Part shown: piece after piece, positions 41,485 to 49,050 of the stretch
Layout of the letters: each line of letters starts with the position of its first letter
Numbering within the stretch: the first letter of the stretch is position 1
DNA from: Bdellovibrionales bacterium
GTDB taxonomy: Bacteria; Bdellovibrionota; Bdellovibrionia; Bdellovibrionales; JAGQZY01
Assembly: GCA_964230645.1 (NCBI GenBank)
Contig: CAXRHT010000002.1
Location: forward strand, 928,001 to 992,000
Length of the DNA stretch: 64,000 bases
Direction of reading: 5' to 3'
Program-made: the position numbers and the translations under genes
Notes under the pieces: generated by a model
The model's input: the letters and a program-made list of their open reading frames with translations, nothing else
What the model was told of the DNA's origin: nothing
Databases searched by the model: none

Positions 41485-41832
41485 TTAATCCGCACTGGGA
41501 TCAACAACGTTGTTGCGATCTTCAGGAACGAGAAGACTTTTAGAGGAGTTTTCGACCTCAGCATTGGAGGGCCGCTTGGACTGTTTTTGAGAGGGGCTCG
41601 AAGGCTCGGGGTAGCCTTGGGAGGGACTACGAGGTTCCGGGTTGGTCTGTGACGGGCTTGTAGGATCGCCATTGTTTCGGACCGATGACTGATCCCCTTG
41701 CTGATTGTAGTTTTTCTTAAAATTTTGATCAATCTGCTGGTTTCGTTTTGAGAAGGCTTCGGGGGAAGTTTGAGCAAAAACAAAAGATCCAACCAGTAAA
41801 ATGAGCGAAAAACTAAGATTTAAAAAATACAT
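41485..41832 (-). CDS. Secreted low-complexity (Q/S/P/N-rich) hypothetical protein
   Basis: Signal peptide (VFA-Q), RBS GAGGTG, disordered mature region. Confidence 0.65.
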   Translation of the reverse strand: MYFLNLSFSLILLVGSFVFAQTSPEAFSKRNQQIDQNFKKNYNQQGDQSSVRNNGDPTSPSQTNPEPRSPSQGYPEPSSPSQKQSKRPSNAEVENSSKSLLVPEDRNNVVDPSAD

Positions 41833-41947
41833 GGGGTCACCTCTATAGTTCTAACTATAGAGGTTTTTACTCCCAACGGAATCACAGAACTGTGCACTCA
41901 ATGTGCACAAATGTTTACATTTACTCCGAAAAGCCTTGTATTAGACT

Positions 41948-42676
41948 TCACCAACGGTAGGAAAAGCCCCAAGTTCCCACACTGTAGAGGGTTTCCGAGT
42001 CAAAGAGCTCCTGTTGATAATGCAGAAAAGTAGAGAATCCGCGGGTAAAATTAACGGCCACCCTGGGGCCGAGAACAAGGGCCACACTATTGCCTCCCGT
42101 ATATTTAGGATCTCCGAATACAAACGAGGCATCCAGTCCAATTTCTAAAAAAGGAAAGTCGAGAAAGTAGAAGTGAAAAGGTGTCGTCCCAAGACCAGTG
42201 ATGAGCTGAAAGTCGAAACTGTTGTCCTCTCCACCGTAGTATCCCGAAAAAGTTCTCGGCTCCCCCTGAGGAAGCAAGAGGTTACCGTGGAAATCAAAGT
42301 AACGACTCCAGTTGTAGCGCACCCCCAAATTGTAAACAGAGTGAATTATGAATTTGTTCCCGTAGCCTTGATCGGTTTGTGAAAAAGAATCGGAAATTCG
42401 ACCCACCGTTTGTGAAGAGATAGAGCCAACCCCGAGGCTTGCCACCCATTGGCGATGCTTAGCCTTGGTCTTTTTTTCTACGTCTTGTTTCTTAGCTTTA
42501 CTTAGAGTTTGGTTTTTAGAGGAAAGAGAGTCCTGATCTTTTTCAGAATTCTCCTGCTCCTTTGACTGGCTATTTTTATCTTTAACAAAATAAAAATTAT
42601 AAGTGTCCTCAGCTAAGCCTTGAGAGGGCCAGAGATTCACACAAAAAAGGCCTACGAAGATCGCTCGATAAATCAC
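41948..42676 (-). CDS. Putative outer-membrane beta-barrel protein with N-terminal EDTYNFYF motif (paralog 2)
   Basis: Signal peptide (GLA-E), motif, charged linker, amphipathic strands, C-terminal FSYRW. Confidence 0.75.
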   Translation of the reverse strand: MIYRAIFVGLFCVNLWPSQGLAEDTYNFYFVKDKNSQSKEQENSEKDQDSLSSKNQTLSKAKKQDVEKKTKAKHRQWVASLGVGSISSQTVGRISDSFSQTDQGYGNKFIIHSVYNLGVRYNWSRYFDFHGNLLLPQGEPRTFSGYYGGEDNSFDFQLITGLGTTPFHFYFLDFPFLEIGLDASFVFGDPKYTGGNSVALVLGPRVAVNFTRGFSTFLHYQQELFDSETLYSVGTWGFSYRW

Positions 42677-42679
42677 TTT

Positions 42680-43501
42680 TTACCAACGATAGGCAAGGGA
42701 TAAAGAATGAACGCTAAAGTCTGTGTCGGAGTCCAAATCTTTTTTATAGGCATAAACCATTGAAAGATGATCTCCAAACTTCACAGCCGCTCGCGGACCT
42801 AGATAAAGGGCATTACCAGAGGCACTGACTTGACGACTATAGGTCGATAAGTCGCCACGATCACCAAACATGACTCCACCATCGACACCAATCTCTAAAA
42901 ACTCTCCGCCAAAAATGTCTAAGTGAATGGGAGTCACGCCAAGGCCTATTAGAGCTTGAGGGCCAAAGGAATCATTGATCCCTATACTACGCCCATTGGC
43001 TTCGTAGTCACCGTTAGCAATATGAAACTCACCATTTACATCAAAGTATTTGGACATATGGTAGCGAGCTCCAAGAACGTAGGTTTTTTGAGTGACCTCA
43101 CCAAGATAAGTGTAGCTCTCAGCTGAAAAACCACCAACTCCAAGGTTTACCGACCAACCAGAACGATTGCTGTCATTTTCTTGATCTCTTGAGCTTGTCC
43201 TCACCTCACTTCGAGCCGACTCTTCAAGGTCACGCCTTCTGACATAAACTTTTTTCTTTTTACTTTGAGCCGGCTGCCAATTGTCGGGCACTAAAAGAAC
43301 ATCATTGGGAACCTCGACGATTTCTTCGCGTGGCTCTTCAACAAGAACAGCTTGTTCTTTATTTGAAGGCTCCTCTTCTTGTTTTTTATCTCCAGACTTT
43401 TGGAAATAGAAGTTGTAAACATCTTCGGCTTGAGCCCCTTGGGTTACAAACAAGCACGACAGAAGCACAGTACCTATAGTTTTCATTTTTATTGTTTTCA
43501 T
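42680..43501 (-). CDS. Putative outer-membrane beta-barrel protein with N-terminal EDVYNFYF motif (paralog 1)
   Basis: Signal peptide (AQA-E), motif, charged linker, amphipathic strands, C-terminal LAYRW; RBS GGAGG. Confidence 0.78.
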   Translation of the reverse strand: MKTIKMKTIGTVLLSCLFVTQGAQAEDVYNFYFQKSGDKKQEEEPSNKEQAVLVEEPREEIVEVPNDVLLVPDNWQPAQSKKKKVYVRRRDLEESARSEVRTSSRDQENDSNRSGWSVNLGVGGFSAESYTYLGEVTQKTYVLGARYHMSKYFDVNGEFHIANGDYEANGRSIGINDSFGPQALIGLGVTPIHLDIFGGEFLEIGVDGGVMFGDRGDLSTYSRQVSASGNALYLGPRAAVKFGDHLSMVYAYKKDLDSDTDFSVHSLSLAYRW

Positions 43502-43532
43502 AAATCCTCCATATTATTCGCCCCCTCCTTAT

Positions 43533-43548
43533 TCAAAGGCTGGACCAA
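43533..43548 (-). promoter_or_regulatory. Putative sigma54 (-24/-12) promoter for the beta-barrel pair
   Basis: TTGGTCCAGCCTTTGA vs consensus TGGCAC-N5-TTGC: correct spacing, GA instead of GC at -12. Confidence 0.6.
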
Positions 43549-43561
43549 ATGGCACGGAATT

Positions 43562-43574
43562 TAAGTTATTGATT
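43562..43574 (-). promoter_or_regulatory. IHF-consensus site
   Basis: AATCAATAACTTA matches WATCAANNNNTTR exactly; between the palindromes and the sigma54 promoter. Confidence 0.65.
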
Positions 43575-43609
43575 TCACTAGCTTTTGCTCTCAATGAAAC
43601 GACCTTTTC

Positions 43610-43644
43610 CGACATTCTTGTCTTTCTGCATGACATCTCTGTCA
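43610..43644. promoter_or_regulatory. Tandem palindromic activator sites (UAS)
   Basis: CGACA-TTCT-TGTCT (43610) and TGACA-TCTC-TGTCA (43631), 21 bp apart. Confidence 0.65.
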
Positions 43645-45399
43645 TGTATCCATGTTTTCTAGGTAACGAAAAAGCGTGCGAGGGGTCACTCCTAAAAGTT
43701 CGGCGGCTTGTGCTCTTTTGTTGTTCGATTTCTTCAAAGCCAATTTTACCTTCTCCATCACAAAGCGATTTTTTGCTTCTTCCAAATTCTCACCCCCAAG
43801 CCAACTCAAGGCGGCCCCACCATCATCTTTGCTCTGAGGCCCACCGATGCGCAAATGCTGCACTTGAATCACGTCACTGGGGCAAAGTGCTATGGCGCGC
43901 TTCACGGCACTAAGAAGTTCACGAACATTTCCTGGCCACTCTTGAGCTTGTAACCAAGCCAAGGCGTCGGCAGAAAATCTTTTTTCTGAATGGGCTTCTT
44001 TTAAAACCTCATTGGCAATAAGAGTAATATCGTTTCGACGCTTTCTAAGAGGGGGGATCTCAAAGCTCACTTCGGCCAATCGGTAGTAAAGATCTTGACG
44101 AAACTCTCCTTTATCAACGAGTTCACGCAAGTTTTTGTGAGTGGCACAGAGAATTCTAACATCCACTTCAATGGCTTTTTCACTCCCCAGGGGTTCAATC
44201 ATTTTTTCCTGCAGCACCCGAAGAATTTTCACCTGCAAGGGCCCTGGTAAATCTCCAATCTCATCAAGAAAAAGTGTGCCGCCACTGGCTTGCAAAAACT
44301 TTCCTCTCTGATCTTTTATGGCACCAGTGAATGCCCCTTTCCTATGACCAAATAACAAACTCTCTAAGAGTTCACTGGGAATCGCACCGCAATTGACTGC
44401 CACGAAGTCTTTAGACGCTCTTTCGCTCATCTTGTGAATCCACTGGGCCATGACCTCTTTTCCAACACCCGTTTCCCCTTCAATGAGTAGGGAAAGGTCC
44501 GAGCCAGCCAACTGCTCAGCTAACTTAATGTTCTCAAGAAGATCATCATCCATTGTGGTCAAGGGTGAGCGACTTTGCTTTTGAGAGGCTCTGAGCATCT
44601 CCACTTCTTTTTTTAAGACCAAGTCGTTTAAATAAAACTTTAGCATCAGAGCGGCCAACTGAACGTAAGCTTCAGCAGTTAGAGTTTGTTGTTCGGTGAG
44701 ACCTGAGTGCGGCCTTTCGGCTCCAACCATAAGCACACCGAGAACTTCCCCTCTCACACATAGGGGCCAAGCACAGACAGACATAAAGCCTGTTCCCATG
44801 AGAGACTTACTTTTCTCAAAGGCACTTCCAATAATATTTTGAACAATCGTCGGCCTTTGGGTGGTGATTGTCTTTTGCACCAATGTCTCTGAAAGCCAAG
44901 GTTCATCTTGACCAATATTTTCTTCAGCCAACATTTTAAATTCGCCCTGAGGATTGCTCGCAATCACCAAGCCTTTATCCATTTCGAAGGCCGCAATCAT
45001 GGTTTCAAGTAACAGATCCATGGAACCTTTTAAATCGCCCGGCTGAGAAAACTTTTGCACGAGCACTTTCACATCATCAGCAAAACGTCCCTCGATTTTT
45101 TTGTTTTGGTTTTCAGTACTGGCCACTTTCTCAGGAAGAAGAAGCAAAGTCAGATCCAAAAGTTGGAAGTGCTCAAAAGGGTCGAGCTGAACATTGGACT
45201 GATTTTTCTTTCCCTTTAGACAGTGAATACTCAAGCCTTGGGGGGTTGGAGACAAGATAAGGTAGTCGTCTTTGTATTTTAGACCAGAAAGGCTCACACC
45301 AGTGGACTGTTCGCCACCCACAGCCATAAGTCCTCTCACGTCGACAAATTGATTTTCTTTGGGTCCGATCACACAGAGTTGCCAGGATTGTTGAGACAT
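43642..45399 (-). CDS. Sigma54 enhancer-binding protein (degenerate FHA-like - GAF - AAA+ - HTH)
   Basis: GETGVGKE, GAFTGA, FLDEIGD, WPGNVREL, Fis-type HTH; GAF (SVCAWPL...LGVLMV); no REC domain; TAATG overlap with the kinase. Confidence 0.9.
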   Translation of the reverse strand: MSQQSWQLCVIGPKENQFVDVRGLMAVGGEQSTGVSLSGLKYKDDYLILSPTPQGLSIHCLKGKKNQSNVQLDPFEHFQLLDLTLLLLPEKVASTENQNKKIEGRFADDVKVLVQKFSQPGDLKGSMDLLLETMIAAFEMDKGLVIASNPQGEFKMLAEENIGQDEPWLSETLVQKTITTQRPTIVQNIIGSAFEKSKSLMGTGFMSVCAWPLCVRGEVLGVLMVGAERPHSGLTEQQTLTAEAYVQLAALMLKFYLNDLVLKKEVEMLRASQKQSRSPLTTMDDDLLENIKLAEQLAGSDLSLLIEGETGVGKEVMAQWIHKMSERASKDFVAVNCGAIPSELLESLLFGHRKGAFTGAIKDQRGKFLQASGGTLFLDEIGDLPGPLQVKILRVLQEKMIEPLGSEKAIEVDVRILCATHKNLRELVDKGEFRQDLYYRLAEVSFEIPPLRKRRNDITLIANEVLKEAHSEKRFSADALAWLQAQEWPGNVRELLSAVKRAIALCPSDVIQVQHLRIGGPQSKDDGGAALSWLGGENLEEAKNRFVMEKVKLALKKSNNKRAQAAELLGVTPRTLFRYLENMDT

Positions 45400-47108
45400 T
45401 ACAAGACCCCCTTGGCGCGAATGGTTGTGGTTTTGTCTTTTTTCACAAATATTTCATTTTCAATAGGAAGATAGCCTTCTTTCACCATTTTCACCTTATG
45501 TGTTCCGGGCTTCACTTTAAAAGCCTCGAGATCACTCGTTTTGACTTTTTCTCCATCCACAAATATTTCCACATCATCATCCACTTCAAAACTTAAGACT
45601 CCCAATTCCGGCTTCGGAACCATAGGCTTTCTTTTTGCTTTCTTTGGCTTAGTCTCTTTCACTTTCGCCACTTTTTTTGTGGGCTTTGACTTAGGTTTAG
45701 GCTTTACAGGCTCTGGCTTCTTAGGATCTTCTTTTTTACCAACAGCTAAGGGATCTTTGATTTGATTGTCGCTTTTAGCTTCCGTCTTGTTTTTTTCTTC
45801 CTCTTTAGCAACTACAGACAAATTTTTATCTTTTTTCTTACTCTCTGTTTTTTCCGGCGACAGATCTTTTTCGTTAGTTGCGCCAATGGCAGCTGGAACG
45901 ACTCCCTCTTTCATTAGCTTAGGAGAAGCTTTTGCCGACTCTTCTCCAAAGTTCCGAAAGTCTACTAGAAAAAAGACACTCAAAGAAAAGAACACTAAAA
46001 CTAAGGGGGCCCATAGAATGGGATGAGGAGCTGCTATTTTCTTTTTATTCCTTAGCGCACCAATGAGCTCCATTGTCTTGGGGTCTTCGGGAAAAAGTCT
46101 TTGGTACTCATTAATTAGGCTCAACATCTTTTTTCGATCGGGTCTTTTCTCAGTAAGAATGTCGTTGGCTTGGGCTTCTAGGAAAATTTGTTTCTGTTTT
46201 AAGGCCTCTTTATAGAGCCCTGTATTTCTATCCTCAACTATGAGTTTTTGACACAAGGGCAGAAGGCCTGTGCTGTTAATATAACCCATGATCTCAGATT
46301 CAATGGCCCAAATGCTCTCCGGGCGATTCTCTTTTTTTAACTCTAAACACTGATCAATAAGATTGGCGATACGAGGAGGTATATGAGGAGCGATCTGATT
46401 TAAAGGAGTCACTGGCTCCATCGCTTTTTTAATGATTGCCTGCGCTGTTTCCCCTTGAATGGGGGGATGACCAGAGAGAAGTTCATAGGCGATCGCACCG
46501 AAAGAAAAAATATCAGACTTGATACAGCTTTTTTGCCCTTCGGTTGCTTCCGGAGCCATGTATCCAAGGGATCCAACGAGCAAACCTAACTTGGTCATGG
46601 TGAGGCGATTTAGCTCTTTGGCCAATCCAAAATCAGAAAGCTTTATCTCCCCTTGATTGGAAATCAAAACATTTTCGGGCTTTAGGTCTCTGTGGATAAA
46701 GCCTTTTTCATGAACAGCTCCGAGTCCTCTTGCCACCTGCACTAGAATCCAAAGGTCAGTTTCTAATAAGTGAGAGCGCTTATCCCGAATCCACTCACGA
46801 AGGTCGCAGCCTTCAACCAACTCTAACTCCAGACAGAGTTGGGAATTCACCATATGTTCGCCAAAGAGCTTGACCACATTGGGATGATCGAAGGTTTTTA
46901 AAATTTGAATCTCATCCTTGAGCCTTTTCAAAGACTCCGGGTCCTGGGAAACAAAGCTCAGAAAGCACTTTAGAGCGACAAGTCTGTCAGCCTCAAGGTT
47001 TCTAGCCTTAAAGACTTCCGCTGTCGCTCCAGCTCCTAAGCTGTTGATTTTTTCGAACTGACCATTTTTCATAGACCAGTGACTACCAACCACTGACAAC
47101 TCTGTCAT
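45399..47108 (-). CDS. Hanks-type Ser/Thr kinase with TM helix, Lys/Pro-rich linker and C-terminal PEGA domain
   Basis: GAGATAEV, VALK, HRDLKPEN, DFG, APE; TM helix; IFVDG...PGTHKVKMVKEGY. Alternative start ATG 47072. Confidence 0.92.
   Translation of the reverse strand: MTELSVVGSHWSMKNGQFEKINSLGAGATAEVFKARNLEADRLVALKCFLSFVSQDPESLKRLKDEIQILKTFDHPNVVKLFGEHMVNSQLCLELELVEGCDLREWIRDKRSHLLETDLWILVQVARGLGAVHEKGFIHRDLKPENVLISNQGEIKLSDFGLAKELNRLTMTKLGLLVGSLGYMAPEATEGQKSCIKSDIFSFGAIAYELLSGHPPIQGETAQAIIKKAMEPVTPLNQIAPHIPPRIANLIDQCLELKKENRPESIWAIESEIMGYINSTGLLPLCQKLIVEDRNTGLYKEALKQKQIFLEAQANDILTEKRPDRKKMLSLINEYQRLFPEDPKTMELIGALRNKKKIAAPHPILWAPLVLVFFSLSVFFLVDFRNFGEESAKASPKLMKEGVVPAAIGATNEKDLSPEKTESKKKDKNLSVVAKEEEKNKTEAKSDNQIKDPLAVGKKEDPKKPEPVKPKPKSKPTKKVAKVKETKPKKAKRKPMVPKPELGVLSFEVDDDVEIFVDGEKVKTSDLEAFKVKPGTHKVKMVKEGYLPIENEIFVKKDKTTTIRAKGVL
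47094..47107. promoter_or_regulatory. Third copy of the TGACA-N4-TGTCA palindrome
   Basis: TGACA-ACTC-TGTCA overlapping the annotated kinase start. Confidence 0.55.
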
Positions 47109-47152
47109 GCACTTTCTACCCAGTGAAAGAAATTCATCGATGGGTGTCTAAT

Positions 47153-47695
47153 CTATGATCGAAAATAGAAGTTATAAATATCCCCGCCCTCTTTGCCTTT
47201 CTTTTTTCTTTTCTCCTTGATGAGTTTTTCAACCTGTTCTTTGATCACTTTGAAGTCTTCCGGTGGCACCTCAGCCTTGCGCTCCACCACTTTCGGCGAT
47301 TCGTTTTTTTCTTTTTCCTTTTTGGAATCGTAGCCTTGATAGATCACTTGAATGACAGGGGGCTGCTGTCCCTCTTTGGCTTTTGGAGTTTTAATTTGAA
47401 GATCCGGTATTTCTTCACTTTTAACAATCTGAGCTTCTTCTTCCACTTCCATGGAAGGCGGTTCCTCACTGACAGCCTCTTTAAAAAGAGGAACGGCTTC
47501 TTGGGTATTTTCCGGAATTTCTACGGCTTTGATCTCTCCCTGTTCTTCAATCACGGTTTCCTGATCAGCCTCTTCCATTGGTACCCACACTGTCTCCACT
47601 GTTTGCACCCTCTTCATCGGAAGAGATTTCGCAATGGCCTCCGGCCCTAGTAGTAAAAAGAAAAAGACTATATAGATATTAAATAAAGTTTTCAT
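47153..47695 (-). CDS. Secreted charged low-complexity protein ending in GGDIYNFYFRS
   Basis: Signal peptide (AIA-K), E/K-rich body, RBS AAGGAG. Confidence 0.78.
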   Translation of the reverse strand: MKTLFNIYIVFFFLLLGPEAIAKSLPMKRVQTVETVWVPMEEADQETVIEEQGEIKAVEIPENTQEAVPLFKEAVSEEPPSMEVEEEAQIVKSEEIPDLQIKTPKAKEGQQPPVIQVIYQGYDSKKEKEKNESPKVVERKAEVPPEDFKVIKEQVEKLIKEKRKKKGKEGGDIYNFYFRS

Positions 47696-47751
47696 TTTTT
47701 CTCCTTTTAGGGAGTTTGAAAAGTCACCAAACTCCCTTTTTCTTCATGGAT

Positions 47752-48303
47752 TCAGATCATTTCTTCTTTGATTTCAAACAGTAGATAGTCTTGCTTTCGA
47801 CATTGGAAATCGATAGAAACAAAGTGATTCTCTCCTTCGTTATCGACAAGTGCAGAGCATAGAACCATGCCGCCAATGCCACCGCCTTCAATGTCATAGT
47901 AATAAGTCTGACAACCACTTTTTTGACCAAATTTTAGAGTCATAGAATTCCCCAGGTAAACAAAGGAGGGAACCGGTTGTTCTTCCATGGTTTTAAGAGA
48001 CCCACTTTGTTCGGTTTGTACTTCGTAATCGGAGAGCTGCAGAGACTCTTGGATTTGTAAATCCCCTTTATCGACAAAACGATAGGCGACAACACGAAGC
48101 TCTCCAGTGGACGCATCATGGCGGCACTCCACACTACTTAGTTTTTCACGATAACCAAACTTTCGATCCTCTCCATCAAGTCCTACGAACTGCATATTGA
48201 GTTCGTTTCTCAAGGGACTGTCTTGAGGTGGTGAATTGCGGTCATCTTCACTGCAAGCGATTAGGACGGACGAAAGTAAAATTCCAAAAATTAACTTTTT
48301 CAT
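47752..48303 (-). CDS. Hypothetical lipoprotein (four Cys in the mature domain)
   Basis: MKKLIFGILLSSVLIA-C lipobox; start reassigned to ATG 48303 with AAGGAG RBS. Confidence 0.8.
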   Translation of the reverse strand: MKKLIFGILLSSVLIACSEDDRNSPPQDSPLRNELNMQFVGLDGEDRKFGYREKLSSVECRHDASTGELRVVAYRFVDKGDLQIQESLQLSDYEVQTEQSGSLKTMEEQPVPSFVYLGNSMTLKFGQKSGCQTYYYDIEGGGIGGMVLCSALVDNEGENHFVSIDFQCRKQDYLLFEIKEEMI

Positions 48304-48344
48304 TGTTATTGCTCCTTTTAAAAAGTTTCTGGAGGCAAGAATGA

Positions 48345-48360
48345 GCAATGGGTGTACCAG
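48345..48360 (-). promoter_or_regulatory. Sigma54 (-24/-12) promoter
   Basis: CTGGTACACCCATTGC matches TGGYAC-N5-TTGC with GG and GC correctly spaced, about 40 bp upstream of the lipoprotein start. Confidence 0.78.
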
Positions 48361-48397
48361 CTCTTCCCTTCTTATTTTTCATCTGAGGCTTCATAGC

Positions 48398-48432
48398 CGA
48401 CCTGGAGGTCATAGCGCATGACAGCGCTGTCA
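48398..48432. promoter_or_regulatory. Tandem palindromic activator sites (UAS)
   Basis: CGACC-TGGA-GGTCA (48398) and TGACA-GCGC-TGTCA (48419), 21 bp apart. Confidence 0.65.
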
Positions 48433-48510
48433 GTATCCCTAAGAGATTTTCTGAATATATTAGGATTCAGGCCTTATTGAAGATCGGCCCAAGCCACCTA
48501 AGGAGTCATA

Positions 48511-48876
48511 ATGAAAATAAAAATGATCTTATTAGCCCTTATCTTTATACTTCCGTCTGTCGGTATGAGCCGAGAGGTCTTTAAAATAGAAATCGGTAGC
48601 AACTATGAACGCTATTCCAAAAAAGAATTAAGACGCCGAGTGTGGGAGTTAGAGCGAGCCGTGGCTCAACTGCAAGATCAAGTCTTTCATCTCTCCATGA
48701 GCCAGAATCAATATCAACCCGAAGAGTGGACCTGCCATATGCAATCTTTTGGTAAAACCCATATGGCCTCAGCCCGCACCCGTGGAAAAGCCCTCGCCCT
48801 TGTTATGTCAAAATGCTCAAGTGCGAGCAATGCCATTCACTGTGATTCTGGTGATGTCAGCTGTGATAACAGCTAA
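48511..48876 (+). CDS. Small secreted protein (coiled coil + four-Cys domain)
   Basis: Signal peptide, RRVWELERAVAQLQ coil, WTC...KC......HC.....C; RBS AAGGAG. Confidence 0.75.
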   Translation: MKIKMILLALIFILPSVGMSREVFKIEIGSNYERYSKKELRRRVWELERAVAQLQDQVFHLSMSQNQYQPEEWTCHMQSFGKTHMASARTRGKALALVMSKCSSASNAIHCDSGDVSCDNS

Positions 48877-49050
48877 ACTTATCAAATAGATTTAACGTCC
48901 ATTGCGTGCGATCATGCAGTGGACGAATTCTTCCGGTTCTAAGTTGAGATTGTAGAGATTTCTTATTGGCTATAATGCCTCAGGGCTGTATTGTGATGTC
49001 ATCTAGAAACTCAAATCAAAGTTGTACTGACTGTTAGCGATCGGAATCTC

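Noticed and set aside
43550..43564. TGGCACG on the + strand as a sigma54 promoter
   Set aside because: The -12 element is absent (TTAA) and it would point antisense into the EBP gene; the minus-strand element fits better.
48304..48348. 15-aa N-terminal extension of the lipoprotein in the ORF track
   Set aside because: The TTG start lies inside the sigma54 -12 element; ATG 48303 has an RBS and gives a proper signal peptide.
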